From the NCBI GenBank assembly GCA_022446885.1, contig JAKVBU010000007.1:20081-84080 (forward strand): DNA of 64,000 nt, given 5' to 3'. This DNA comes from Phycisphaerales bacterium. Its GTDB lineage: Bacteria; Planctomycetota; Phycisphaerae; Phycisphaerales; SM1A02. The position numbers were made by a program, and so were the translations under genes. Below the pieces are notes generated by a model. That model was not told the origin of the DNA. It made no database searches and saw only the letters and a program-made list of their open reading frames with translations. This document shows, in pieces, positions 52,849 through 62,417 of the stretch (position 1 is the first letter of the stretch; each line of letters begins with the position of its first letter).

Positions 52849-54615
52849 GTGGAACTCATCACGATTGCACTGACGTCGTCGCTCATCACGCTGGCTCACC
52901 AACCAGAACGAGGCGAAGATCGCCCCATCGCCCGACGAGTCGTCGTGGAACAACATGATGACAAAGGTCTGAGCCTGCAACGCCTGCTCTCAGGCCTTGG
53001 TGGCACTATCGAGGTGGGCGTAGAGGTGCACTCGGACAAGGGCGACGTTGACATTCAGGGCCTGAGCCTGCGCGACATGCTCGAGCACGCCAAGGGCGGC
53101 GAGGCCCAGATGAAGGCTGTGATCATCGGCCCCGACGGCAAGAGACGCGAGATGGCCAAGGTGCTCGACATGAGTGAGCTCGTCGAGAACATCGATGTCG
53201 AGGCGATCCTGAACGACAACTACGTGCAGGAATTCATGGACGAAACCGTTGCGGTAGACCTCATGGCGGCCTTTGTTGACGACACGGATGGACATGGGCA
53301 CCAGTGGGACGTGTATCGCTCCTTGCGACATGACCATGAGGCGCGCGGCGCAGACCAGGGCCGTAACGATCGAGCGCGGATCGCTCGCGATCGAGCACGG
53401 CAGCGTGCCGCCGCCGAAGAAGCCATGCGAGATCGCATGCATCGAGCCCAACGGCAAGCGGAAGAACGCATGCATCGGGCCCATCAGGCCCTACGCGATC
53501 GATACGCCGATCGACATGGTCATCATGGCCATGAGGGCCACGAGAGCCACCACATGCACGATGGTGACCATCACGGTGAGTGGGTCTACGAGATGCACGC
53601 AGACGGACATGGCATGTCACCAGCCGTGCGGGCCCACATCATCGAGATGATGGAAGCACATGGCGAAGGACATGGGCATGAGCGCGATCACCATGGGCAT
53701 CATCGCCACGGCGACGGTCACGGACACGACCGCGACGCCCATGGCCATCATCGCCATGGTGAAGGTCACGGACACGAACGCGATCATCACGGACATCATG
53801 GCCACGGTGACGGTCACGGACATGACCGCGAACACCACGGACATCACCACGATGAACATGACGGGCAGGAGTGGATCTTCGACTGGCAGTTTGAAGATGA
53901 TGATGTCCCCGCTGAAGTCATGGAGCATGTCAAGGCGAGGCTGAAGGAGTCCTGGGGCTCCGATGCCCACCCCCATCGAGCACACGCCCAGATGCTCTGG
54001 CATGGCGAAGACTCGCATGCAGATGGCATGTGGATGACACACGACGAAGACCTGTATGTGCTCCAGCCCGATGGCGGCCATGGTCTGGAAGCTGCCCACA
54101 AGAAGATCGAGGAACTCCACCACGTCATCAATGAACTTGAACACCACATCGCCGAGTTGACCGAGCACCACCACGGCGCCGATCACGAAGGGGCCCACCG
54201 GTTCATGGAGGCGGCCGAGTCGTTCATCGAGCAACTGCAGTATGCCGAGGCCGTCGGCGCCCAATTGGGCAAGGACTTGGGCGTGGCCCTGCTGGGCATC
54301 TGGTTCGCAAGCGAGCACATGGATCCAGATCCCTGCCTGAATTTGATGGTGTCGATCATGAACGATCAGGAAGTGGCAAGAAGCGTGCGGCGAGCTGCGG
54401 CGTTTGTCGCCATGGAGAAGGCTGGCGAGATGGGCAACCACGAAGGTGCCGAGCGAATTCTCGAAGCCATCATCAGAGGGGCAGGCCACACGGCCTCTGG
54501 GCAGCAACACCGCACTGACCAAGCGAGTGATCGTGTTACAGACCGTGCCACAGACCGTACCCCCGGCCGTGCCACAAACCGTGCCCCCGACCGTGCCCCG
54601 GTGAGGGCCAGATAA
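52849..54615 (+). CDS. histidine-rich repeat protein (putative metal-binding)
   Basis: 588 aa with several His clusters, four tandem 16-aa HG(E/D)GHGH(E/D)R(D/E)xHGHHx units, and a C-terminal (T)DRxx pentapeptide-like tail. Confidence 0.6.
   Translation: MELITIALTSSLITLAHQPERGEDRPIARRVVVEQHDDKGLSLQRLLSGLGGTIEVGVEVHSDKGDVDIQGLSLRDMLEHAKGGEAQMKAVIIGPDGKRREMAKVLDMSELVENIDVEAILNDNYVQEFMDETVAVDLMAAFVDDTDGHGHQWDVYRSLRHDHEARGADQGRNDRARIARDRARQRAAAEEAMRDRMHRAQRQAEERMHRAHQALRDRYADRHGHHGHEGHESHHMHDGDHHGEWVYEMHADGHGMSPAVRAHIIEMMEAHGEGHGHERDHHGHHRHGDGHGHDRDAHGHHRHGEGHGHERDHHGHHGHGDGHGHDREHHGHHHDEHDGQEWIFDWQFEDDDVPAEVMEHVKARLKESWGSDAHPHRAHAQMLWHGEDSHADGMWMTHDEDLYVLQPDGGHGLEAAHKKIEELHHVINELEHHIAELTEHHHGADHEGAHRFMEAAESFIEQLQYAEAVGAQLGKDLGVALLGIWFASEHMDPDPCLNLMVSIMNDQEVARSVRRAAAFVAMEKAGEMGNHEGAERILEAIIRGAGHTASGQQHRTDQASDRVTDRATDRTPGRATNRAPDRAPVRAR
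53659..53850 (+). repeat. 4 x 48-nt in-frame tandem repeat encoding HGEGHGHERDHHGHHR-type units
   Basis: Read directly from the sequence: HGEGHGHERDHHGHHR / HGDGHGHDRDAHGHHR / HGEGHGHERDHHGHHG / HGDGHGHDREHHGHHH. Codon usage alternates between CAT/CAC and GGC/GGT/GGA. Confidence 0.9.
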
Positions 54616-54623
54616 GGCAGTCC

Positions 54624-55592
54624 ATGGGTCGAAGTTTCGCTGAAGACTGGGCCGCCCTCCGCACAGAATTGGGCAAGGTGATCGTCGGGCAGGACGCCGT
54701 CGTCGAACAGGCGCTGACCTGCCTGTTTGCAGGCGGGCATGCCCTGCTCGAAGGCGTGCCGGGTTTGGGCAAAACGCTTTTGGTGCGCTCCATCGCCGAT
54801 GCGGTGGATGTGCGCTTCTCCCGAATCCAGTTCACGCCCGACCTCATGCCCGCCGACGTCACGGGCACCACGGTGGTCGAAGAGGATCAGGACGGGCGGA
54901 GATTCGTCTTTCGAAAGGGGCCGATCTTCGCCCAGATCGTGCTGGCCGACGAAATCAACCGTGCCACACCCAAGACCCAGTCTGCCCTGCTGGAGGCCAT
55001 GCAGGAACGCCGCGTGACCGCCGGGGGCGAGACTCGACCGCTCGACCCCCCATTTCTGGTGCTGGCCACCCAGAATCCGATTGAGCAGGAAGGCACCTAT
55101 CCCCTGCCCGAGGCTCAACTGGACCGCTTCCTGCTGAAAATTTTGGTGCCGGCCCCCGATGCCGCCACGCTGGCTCGAATTCTCGACCTCACAACTGGGG
55201 CAAGCCAGCCCTCTACTTCGCAGGTGCTCGATGCCAGTGCGATTCTGGAGCATCAGGCGGCTGTCCGCAGGGTAGAGGTGCCCGAGGCCGTGCGAAATGA
55301 CGCCGTCAGGCTTGTCATGGCCACCAGACCCGATCAGGGCGGGGCACCGCCGCGTGTGAGCCGATATCTACGAATGGGGGCCTCACCCAGAGCGGCACAG
55401 GCTCTGGTGCTGGCAGGCAAGGTTTCTGCCCTGCGAGATGGCCGTCAGGCCGTTTCATCGTCGGATTTGAGGGCCTGGCTGGGACCGGCCCTGCGGCACC
55501 GGATCGCGACCACCTATGAGGCCCACGCAGATGGCGTTTCGCCCGACGACCTGCTCGATGACATCAAAGCGACGGTGCCTCCAACAGCCTGA
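54624..55592 (+). CDS. MoxR-family AAA+ ATPase
   Basis: LLEGVPGLGKTLLVRSIA Walker A, RIQFTPDLMPADVTGT, VLADEINRATPKTQSALLEAMQERRVT. Confidence 0.9.
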   Translation: MGRSFAEDWAALRTELGKVIVGQDAVVEQALTCLFAGGHALLEGVPGLGKTLLVRSIADAVDVRFSRIQFTPDLMPADVTGTTVVEEDQDGRRFVFRKGPIFAQIVLADEINRATPKTQSALLEAMQERRVTAGGETRPLDPPFLVLATQNPIEQEGTYPLPEAQLDRFLLKILVPAPDAATLARILDLTTGASQPSTSQVLDASAILEHQAAVRRVEVPEAVRNDAVRLVMATRPDQGGAPPRVSRYLRMGASPRAAQALVLAGKVSALRDGRQAVSSSDLRAWLGPALRHRIATTYEAHADGVSPDDLLDDIKATVPPTA

Positions 55593-55649
55593 CAGACTTG
55601 GACGTATGCTTGCAAGAGGACCCCGAGAGCGAGGATACTGGGCGCTGCT

Positions 55650-57929
55650 ATGTCACTGAAATTGATGCTGCCAATCGCCGGCGCGAGTGCGCTCGCCGCC
55701 GCCACCATTGCCGACCCGCTGATTTTTGAGACTGCGCCCGTCCCGATTGACGGCGTCGAGGGTCTTCACACCGGCTGGGCAACCTCCATCACAGATACGT
55801 CTGTAGTCGACGGCACCGAGGCGTTGATGTTTGTCTCCTCGCCCAGCTATCGGCTGATGGAGTATGACCCCCAGGCCGATCCACCCGTACAGCCAATTCC
55901 ACAAGACTGCTTTCCCAATCACCCTCGTGTTCTGAACATGCTCGGGCTCTGGCCGGAGGGGGCGATTCAGGTCAGTGCATTTGACGGCGATGAATGGGTA
56001 GCTGCCGGCGCGTTCGCATCGCCCTTTGGCCCAAGTCAGGCTGCGTTCGGCACCGCGTGGGGGTATTCGATCTCCACCACGCCCAATGGTGAGTACCTGC
56101 TGGTGGGCTCGACCACTGCGCCAGGCGTTCACTCCAAGATCCCGCTCGGCCTTGATTGCCAGGACGACTTCGAATCCATTCCCGGCCTGATCATTCCCCG
56201 CGGCATCGTAGACCTGTATCGCTTTGATGGCGTGAACACTTGGAACCTGACCAAGCGGCTTGGGCCTCACCCGACGGTGTTTCCCACCAGTGACAGTTGG
56301 GTTCTGCCTTCTGGACAGCCCAGCGCTCTGTGCGGCTGCAATGGCGAAGTCGCCTTGTCTACCAGCCAGAACGGCTTGGGCTGGAGTACTGACCTCCTGA
56401 CGTTCGATCACAACGGCCGCGAGAAAGTGCTGTTGATCTCAGGTATCCCCTGGTTTGATGGACACGGCGCCTATCCCGCCTTCGCCGCAGTCAACTTGCC
56501 CGACGGCACCTCGATTGTCGCAGAGGTTGATACGCACGCCGTCAATTGCTGTGTGGGGACTAACTTCTTCCCAGAAATCCCTGCCCTCGATTGTGGCCGC
56601 CTGGGCGGTGTGATCGTGGGCGCCGACGTGGAAGATTGCGTAGCAGCCTCCGCCTGCTGCATGGATGACACATGCATGCTCGACACCGATCCTGTGCAAT
56701 GCGCATTGATTGGTGGCGTCTCCGCACCAGGGGAACTCTGCGAAGATGAGCCATGCCCAATTGATGGCGGGATCGATCTGGGGTTCTCTGATCCAACGGC
56801 TTGCGGTCGCGGCGGTGCCTATCTGGCGATGTACGACCCGCTTGATGACTCGCTCTCACCCGTAGTGAACGCCCTCGACGTGGACGGCAATGAGATCCTG
56901 CCTGCGGCCTACGACGTGGGCAACTTCGGACTGATCCCTGACCCGCTCATTGCTACCGGCGATCCCGTCCCGCATCAGGTGATGGGGTACTCGGTGGACA
57001 TCTCCGAAGAAGATGGCGTGATCTGGATAGCGGTGGGCAGCCCCTTCCTGGGCGGCGTCACGGGCATGTTTGCAGCGGGCCTGGAGCCTGAGTGTGAGGT
57101 CTACTACAACAACAATCTCGATATCGGCCCGCTGAATGGCCGTGTCCTGATGTTCTCGCTGGACCCGGACACGATGACCGTTCAGCACCGACAGACGCTC
57201 ACCGCCACAGACGCTCATCCTTTCGCCGCATTCGGGGCGTCCGTGAGCCTCAGCGGTGGCCGACTTGTCGTAGGTGCACCACGATGGCAGTCTCCAACAA
57301 ACTCCGGTGGCGCCGCCTACATCTTTGAGATGGTGGGCACTGGTGTCTGGGCAGAGACCGACCGACTGCACCCACAAGACAATGCCAACGGCGCCAACTT
57401 CGGATACTCGGTGGCGCTCCATGAGGACAAGCTTGCTGTCGGAAGCCCTCTGCAGGGCACGTTGGATGGGGCGGAAACCGGCGCTGTGCACCGGTTCAAT
57501 TACGACCCCACAACCGACACTTGGGATGAGACTGAAACGCTGCTTCCCCCGACCTTGGGCACTGTTCGACGTGCCAACCCGGGCGAACAGCACTGGGGCA
57601 GAAGCGTGTCTATCACGGATCGTTTCGTTGTCGGGGGCGGCCCACACTTGTTCACGGCCAATGAAACGCCCTTCGGTACCATCGAAGTGGACACAGGTGG
57701 CGCCGGTGTGGCCGACGCCAGACCGATCCCTTCCGATCCACCACCACCGCCACTGTGCTCCGGCGATGTCACTGACGACAATCACGTTGATATTCGTGAC
57801 ATCATCGTCATGCTCAAGGCGCTCTCGCAGCCAGCCATCTACCCGCAGTGCGATCTCAATGACGACACGCAGATCGATGTCTTCGATCTGCTGCAAGTGG
57901 TTGACCGGTGGGGTCAAAGCTGCTGGTGA
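55650..57929 (+). CDS. secreted FG-GAP/beta-propeller-like repeat protein with a C-terminal dockerin-like module
   Basis: Signal peptide MSLKLMLPIAGASALAAATIA. Repeats such as VVGAPRWQSPTNSGGAAYIF and LAVGSPLQGTLDGAETGAVHRF. C-terminal GDVTDDNHVDIRDIIVMLKAL...CDLNDDTQIDVFDLLQVVDRWG. Confidence 0.6.
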   Translation: MSLKLMLPIAGASALAAATIADPLIFETAPVPIDGVEGLHTGWATSITDTSVVDGTEALMFVSSPSYRLMEYDPQADPPVQPIPQDCFPNHPRVLNMLGLWPEGAIQVSAFDGDEWVAAGAFASPFGPSQAAFGTAWGYSISTTPNGEYLLVGSTTAPGVHSKIPLGLDCQDDFESIPGLIIPRGIVDLYRFDGVNTWNLTKRLGPHPTVFPTSDSWVLPSGQPSALCGCNGEVALSTSQNGLGWSTDLLTFDHNGREKVLLISGIPWFDGHGAYPAFAAVNLPDGTSIVAEVDTHAVNCCVGTNFFPEIPALDCGRLGGVIVGADVEDCVAASACCMDDTCMLDTDPVQCALIGGVSAPGELCEDEPCPIDGGIDLGFSDPTACGRGGAYLAMYDPLDDSLSPVVNALDVDGNEILPAAYDVGNFGLIPDPLIATGDPVPHQVMGYSVDISEEDGVIWIAVGSPFLGGVTGMFAAGLEPECEVYYNNNLDIGPLNGRVLMFSLDPDTMTVQHRQTLTATDAHPFAAFGASVSLSGGRLVVGAPRWQSPTNSGGAAYIFEMVGTGVWAETDRLHPQDNANGANFGYSVALHEDKLAVGSPLQGTLDGAETGAVHRFNYDPTTDTWDETETLLPPTLGTVRRANPGEQHWGRSVSITDRFVVGGGPHLFTANETPFGTIEVDTGGAGVADARPIPSDPPPPPLCSGDVTDDNHVDIRDIIVMLKALSQPAIYPQCDLNDDTQIDVFDLLQVVDRWGQSCW

Positions 57930-57967
57930 AACCCACCCTGATCGGATGAGACCAACGGCCCGAGTGG

Positions 57968-59551
57968 TCAGTCATCCCAAGCGGTGACATCGATGTGCAG
58001 TGGTCCGGGCAGCGGGGCCCACGGTGAGCCCGCGGAAACTGCCGTCTCGATCGCATCATCGCCCCCGTGGGTGCGGGTGAGTTCGATCGAGAATCCGTCT
58101 CCAGTCCAGTGCTCCGGCAGCAGCACACGGGAGATCCATGCATCTCCTCGTCGGGCTGTGCGGACCTCAAGCCGAGGCACAGCGCCTCGTGCGCACGTCC
58201 ACCCGGATGGATGCACAACGATCGGGATGCCCTGACCGTCAACCTCCAGTCGAATCAACACGGCATCGTGCCCCTTCAACCGATCGACCGTCATCGCACC
58301 AGCGGGCGGGATAGATGCCGGAGCGCCTGCTGGGCGTGCGCAGTCAAGCAGAATCTCCCAGCGACCCAGCACGCGTCGAACTTGAGCCCACGTCTGACGA
58401 TCGGGTGGGGGCGGCGCTGGCTGCTGACCAGCTTGGGCGTCGCGGAGCGTCAGCGGGCCTAGGAACGGACCCAGCGACAATCCTGGCGGCCTTGGTGCGA
58501 TGCTGGCTGGAGGCACCTTCAATCCCGTCGCCATGGCACCTGTCTGCATCGCAATGAGGCCCTCATCGGGCCCTCTGGCCAATCGCTCTATCGCGACTGT
58601 TCCTGCCTCGACACCGATACCGACTGGAATCTCACCCGGGCGAGCCCAGGCGACCTCCACCACACGCGCTCGAACTGTCGCATTGGAGAGCACCACGGAG
58701 ATGTCTTCATGCAGTGGCTGCTCAATCCAAGTCGTGATCGGCGGCATCGACTCCGCCCACGCCAAAGCTGCCTGTGCCCGAAGATCCGCTTGCCCGGACT
58801 GGCCCTGCACAAGGGCTGCAATTCTCCCGGGATCGCTCACCCAGTCAGCGATCACTCGACCGTCTCGCTCAACACGGCGAGTCAGGCAGTCGAGCACTTC
58901 CCGGGCGACACCTCGGTCAGCCTCGGCCAGAGCGTGCATGAGGAATCGCCAAGGTCCAACCGAGGCCAGAGCCGCATCGCGGTCGAGCCCCGGAGGCGGC
59001 AGTGGAGGCGGATGGACACCGTCGGCTGCGCAGAGCAGCTCCCAGCGCCATCGCTCCAAAGGCAACGTGCCTGGCGTGGCTTCGGACGGCTTGAAAGGGG
59101 GCGGTGGCCCCATCGGCCCGCCTGAACGCAAGCGAAGGTCCGGCATGGTCTCTGGCAATGGGGCCCAGTGCAGATGCACGGTCTTTCCCCCGATTGTCAG
59201 GTCACCACCCGCCTCACTTGGCAGTGCAATGATCATCCGCGGGCCGACCCCCTTGTCGGAGGGATCAACGACCCGATAGCCCGCTCGGATCGGCACGAGG
59301 ATCGCAGGCACGGGATCGGCCCCCCAGTGGCGAAGAACTGCAGGCTGGGGCGTTCTCCACACGAGATGGCCCGTCAGCGTCCGCCGCCCGGACGGACCTT
59401 CAAGATGCACCTGCATCGACTGTGGCCAGCCATCTTCCGCCGAGGCTGGATCCATGGGCAAAATGATTGCGCCGCCCGACAAGGCCAAAGCCCGATCGAC
59501 AGCAGGCACGGGCTCCCCCGCACAAGCCAGCATCAAGACCGCCTCGATCAT
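57968..59551 (-). CDS. hypothetical 527-aa Pro/Ala-rich protein coupled to gmk
   Basis: Long ORF whose start overlaps the gmk stop by 4 nt. No domain recognised. Confidence 0.5.
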   Translation of the reverse strand: MIEAVLMLACAGEPVPAVDRALALSGGAIILPMDPASAEDGWPQSMQVHLEGPSGRRTLTGHLVWRTPQPAVLRHWGADPVPAILVPIRAGYRVVDPSDKGVGPRMIIALPSEAGGDLTIGGKTVHLHWAPLPETMPDLRLRSGGPMGPPPPFKPSEATPGTLPLERWRWELLCAADGVHPPPLPPPGLDRDAALASVGPWRFLMHALAEADRGVAREVLDCLTRRVERDGRVIADWVSDPGRIAALVQGQSGQADLRAQAALAWAESMPPITTWIEQPLHEDISVVLSNATVRARVVEVAWARPGEIPVGIGVEAGTVAIERLARGPDEGLIAMQTGAMATGLKVPPASIAPRPPGLSLGPFLGPLTLRDAQAGQQPAPPPPDRQTWAQVRRVLGRWEILLDCARPAGAPASIPPAGAMTVDRLKGHDAVLIRLEVDGQGIPIVVHPSGWTCARGAVPRLEVRTARRGDAWISRVLLPEHWTGDGFSIELTRTHGGDDAIETAVSAGSPWAPLPGPLHIDVTAWDD

Positions 59552-60135
59552 GTCGCCGCACGCTGCGTTCGGCGGCCTCTTATCTCAGCAAGGGCCGCTT
59601 CGGTCGCCTCGTCCAGATCGTCGTTCACGATGAATCGGTCGTAGAGCCCCGGGACGCGGGCCGCTTCCAGCTCACGCCGAGCCTCGGCCAGTCGCCGTTC
59701 GATGGCCTCATGAGCGTCTCGGCCCCGATCCTCCAAACGCTGCCGCAGCGTGGACTCATCTGGCGGCAGTACGAAGAGCATGCAGGCATCCGGCATGGCC
59801 GAGCGGACCTGAGCCGCCCCCTGCACATCGATGTCCAACAGCACCACTTTGCCTTCGTCCAATTGCGCCTCAACCGGGGCCCGGAGCGTTCCGTAGCCAT
59901 CACGGCCGAACACCCGAGCAGACTCGAGAAACGCACCGTTTCGCTGCAACTCGTCAAATGCCTCGGAGGAGACAAAGTGGTAGTCACGGCCATCAACTTC
60001 GCCAGGGCCCGGTGACCGGGTCGTCGCTGACACACTGAACACGCCCTCTACCGCCGACTGCACGCGTCTGGCAATGGTGGTCTTGCCCACACCGGAGGGG
60101 CCGGACATGACAACAAGGAGGCCTCGAGACATCAC
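59548..60135 (-). CDS. gmk: guanylate kinase
   Basis: VVMSGPSGVGKTT P-loop, SATTRSPGPGEVDGRDYHFVS, VLLDIDVQGA. Confidence 0.9.
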   Translation of the reverse strand: MMSRGLLVVMSGPSGVGKTTIARRVQSAVEGVFSVSATTRSPGPGEVDGRDYHFVSSEAFDELQRNGAFLESARVFGRDGYGTLRAPVEAQLDEGKVVLLDIDVQGAAQVRSAMPDACMLFVLPPDESTLRQRLEDRGRDAHEAIERRLAEARRELEAARVPGLYDRFIVNDDLDEATEAALAEIRGRRTQRAAT

Positions 60136-60167
60136 GGAATGGTACCGAGGGCGGATACAATGCCTCG

Positions 60168-61583
60168 ATGGCTTTGTCCCAAGTCGCCATCATCGGACGC
60201 CCCAACGTGGGCAAATCCAGCCTGCTCAACGCGCTGGCCGGACGCCGCGTGTCGATCGTGGATGCGATCCCTGGAGTCACCCGCGACCGCGTTTCAACAC
60301 CCATCGAGCTGGCGGCACCAGTCGATCTGGAAACTCGGCAAAGGCGATGGGTGGAACTCACCGACACCGGCGGCTGGGGGGTCTATACCACCGATGAGGG
60401 CCGCATCGACGACGCCGGATGCGATCTCAACGCGCTGACCGATGACATCGAGGGGCAGATCACATCTGCCATGGGGCATGCCGCCACGATTCTGTTCGTA
60501 GTAGACGCACAGAGCGGGCTCATGCCGCTTGATCAGACGGTGGCGGATCTCCTCAGGCGTAGCGGGCTGGGCGATCGGGTTCAGGTGGTTGCCAATAAGG
60601 TCGATGGAGACTCATGGGAGGCGCACGCGATGGAAGCCGCCGGACTGGGCTTCGGCGAACCCCTGTGCGTCTCCACCACCAGCGGCCGAAATCTGCGGGC
60701 CCTGCGTGAGCGACTGTGGCACGCGGCTGCCGAAGCAACCGAGGCCCCTGAAGCCGAGGTCATGAAGATCGCCATCGTCGGGTGCCGCAATGCCGGCAAG
60801 TCAACCCTGATCAATGCGCTGGCGGGTGAAGAGCGGTGCATCGTGTCGGAGATTGCCGGCACGACACGCGACGCCGTTGATGTGCGCTTCGACATGAAGG
60901 GGCGGGCGTTCCTTGCCATCGACACCGCGGGCCTGCGAAAGCGCAAGAGCTTCTCCGGCGACGTCGAGTACTACGCCTATCACCGAATGCTGCAGGCCAT
61001 CAGACGCGCCGATGTGGTGCTGTTCCTGGTTGACGCCACACGGAAGGTGAGCCAGGTAGACGCCAAACTCAGTCAGGAGTTGCAGCGGCAGTTCAAGCCG
61101 ACGGTGCTTGTCGTGAACAAGTGGGATGAGATTGGCGACAAGGCGACGCCTGATGCCTTTGCCGAGTACCTCACGGGTGAACTACGCGGTCTCGACTACG
61201 CACCCATCGTGCTGGCCAGCGCCCTTGAGGGCGAAGGTCTCGAAGACGTCGTCTCGATGGCCTTCAATCTGCATGAGCAGGCAACCCATCGAGAGACCAC
61301 GGGCAGCCTCAACGGCGTGATCAAGGACATCCTCAAGCAGCGTGGCCCCACCTCACGGCTGGGCACGCAGGCAAAGTTGTTTTACGTGTCGCAGGTGGAT
61401 GTGCAGCCGCCGACCATCGCCATGGTGGTCAACGAGCCCAAACTCTTTGAAGGCCGCTACGAGCGATACCTCATGAATCGCTTGCGTGAGGAATTGCCTT
61501 TCAGTGAGGTGCCCATTCGGCTCGTGTTCTCGAAGCGTTCGCGCCGAGACCTCCAAGCGCTCAAGGAAGGCCGCGCCGAATAA
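60168..61583 (+). CDS. der: ribosome-associated GTPase Der (EngA)
   Basis: Two tandem G domains (IIGRPNVGKSSLLNAL...DTGG and IVGCRNAGKSTLINAL...DTAG, NKVD/NKWD) plus a KH-like C-terminus. Confidence 0.92.
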   Translation: MALSQVAIIGRPNVGKSSLLNALAGRRVSIVDAIPGVTRDRVSTPIELAAPVDLETRQRRWVELTDTGGWGVYTTDEGRIDDAGCDLNALTDDIEGQITSAMGHAATILFVVDAQSGLMPLDQTVADLLRRSGLGDRVQVVANKVDGDSWEAHAMEAAGLGFGEPLCVSTTSGRNLRALRERLWHAAAEATEAPEAEVMKIAIVGCRNAGKSTLINALAGEERCIVSEIAGTTRDAVDVRFDMKGRAFLAIDTAGLRKRKSFSGDVEYYAYHRMLQAIRRADVVLFLVDATRKVSQVDAKLSQELQRQFKPTVLVVNKWDEIGDKATPDAFAEYLTGELRGLDYAPIVLASALEGEGLEDVVSMAFNLHEQATHRETTGSLNGVIKDILKQRGPTSRLGTQAKLFYVSQVDVQPPTIAMVVNEPKLFEGRYERYLMNRLREELPFSEVPIRLVFSKRSRRDLQALKEGRAE

Positions 61584-61601
61584 CTGTTCTGCTCGCTGCC
61601 C

Positions 61602-62252
61602 TCAGCGGCGACGGCGACGCCCAGCGAGGCCCGCAATGCCCAACAGAGCCAAGGCACTCGGCGCCGGCACGCCCACATTGATCGTCATGGTCCCGCTGGC
61701 GTAGTACGAAGATGAGTAGCTGTAATACCACTCCGAACCATCTTCGCTCTCCCAGTAGTCCTCATAGGTCTGGCCCTCGCCGTACCCCATGTCTGAGAAA
61801 GTGATCGTCCATATACCTGCGCCCAGCGTGAAGTCTGCCAGCGTGCCGGTCTCGCCTGTGAAGACGGTACCCGTGGCAAAGTTCTGAAATCGATACCCCA
61901 TGTCTCCCAGCCCAGAGATCACCAATCCTGTATCGGTGGCAATCTGAAGCCAGAAGTCCGTGGACTCGTGCCAACTCTCATCCCACACATTGCCATCGCT
62001 GCCGGACTCACTCGACTGGGTGTCCGAAACTCCCGCCTGCATGTGAATGCCAGGACCAATGGTGTTGTATGACCCGTTGCCCGTGTCATACCCCCCGGGG
62101 TAATCGAGCATGAAGATGCTCTCGTAGTACGAATCCCAATTGTATTCAGCCGAGTAGTTCATCACACCGTCCACCATGGTCCAGGCATCCGCCTGCGCCA
62201 AAGTGGTGATGGACAACACCGAAGCAGCCGCTGCGATCGCAACATGTCTCAT
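61602..62252 (-). CDS. PEP-CTERM-anchored secreted protein, Tyr/Ser/Gly/acidic-rich
   Basis: GGAGAGAAGG Shine-Dalgarno plus the ATG at 62252. Signal peptide MRHVAIAAAASVLSITTLAQA. C-terminal VGVPAPSALALLGIAGLAGRRRRR. Confidence 0.7.
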   Translation of the reverse strand: MRHVAIAAAASVLSITTLAQADAWTMVDGVMNYSAEYNWDSYYESIFMLDYPGGYDTGNGSYNTIGPGIHMQAGVSDTQSSESGSDGNVWDESWHESTDFWLQIATDTGLVISGLGDMGYRFQNFATGTVFTGETGTLADFTLGAGIWTITFSDMGYGEGQTYEDYWESEDGSEWYYSYSSSYYASGTMTINVGVPAPSALALLGIAGLAGRRRRR

Positions 62253-62417
62253 GCCTTCTCTCCTCCAATAGCTCTTCCAAGCCGAACCCCAGCCTATTGA
62301 ACGGACTTGACCCTGTCCACAAGAGATCGCTGACCAAGCCAATTTGCCTCCTGAGAGGCGATCAAAGGCACATCGCCGCTGTGTCGGCCTGCCCCGCGGC
62401 ACCGGGCCGCGAGCAAC

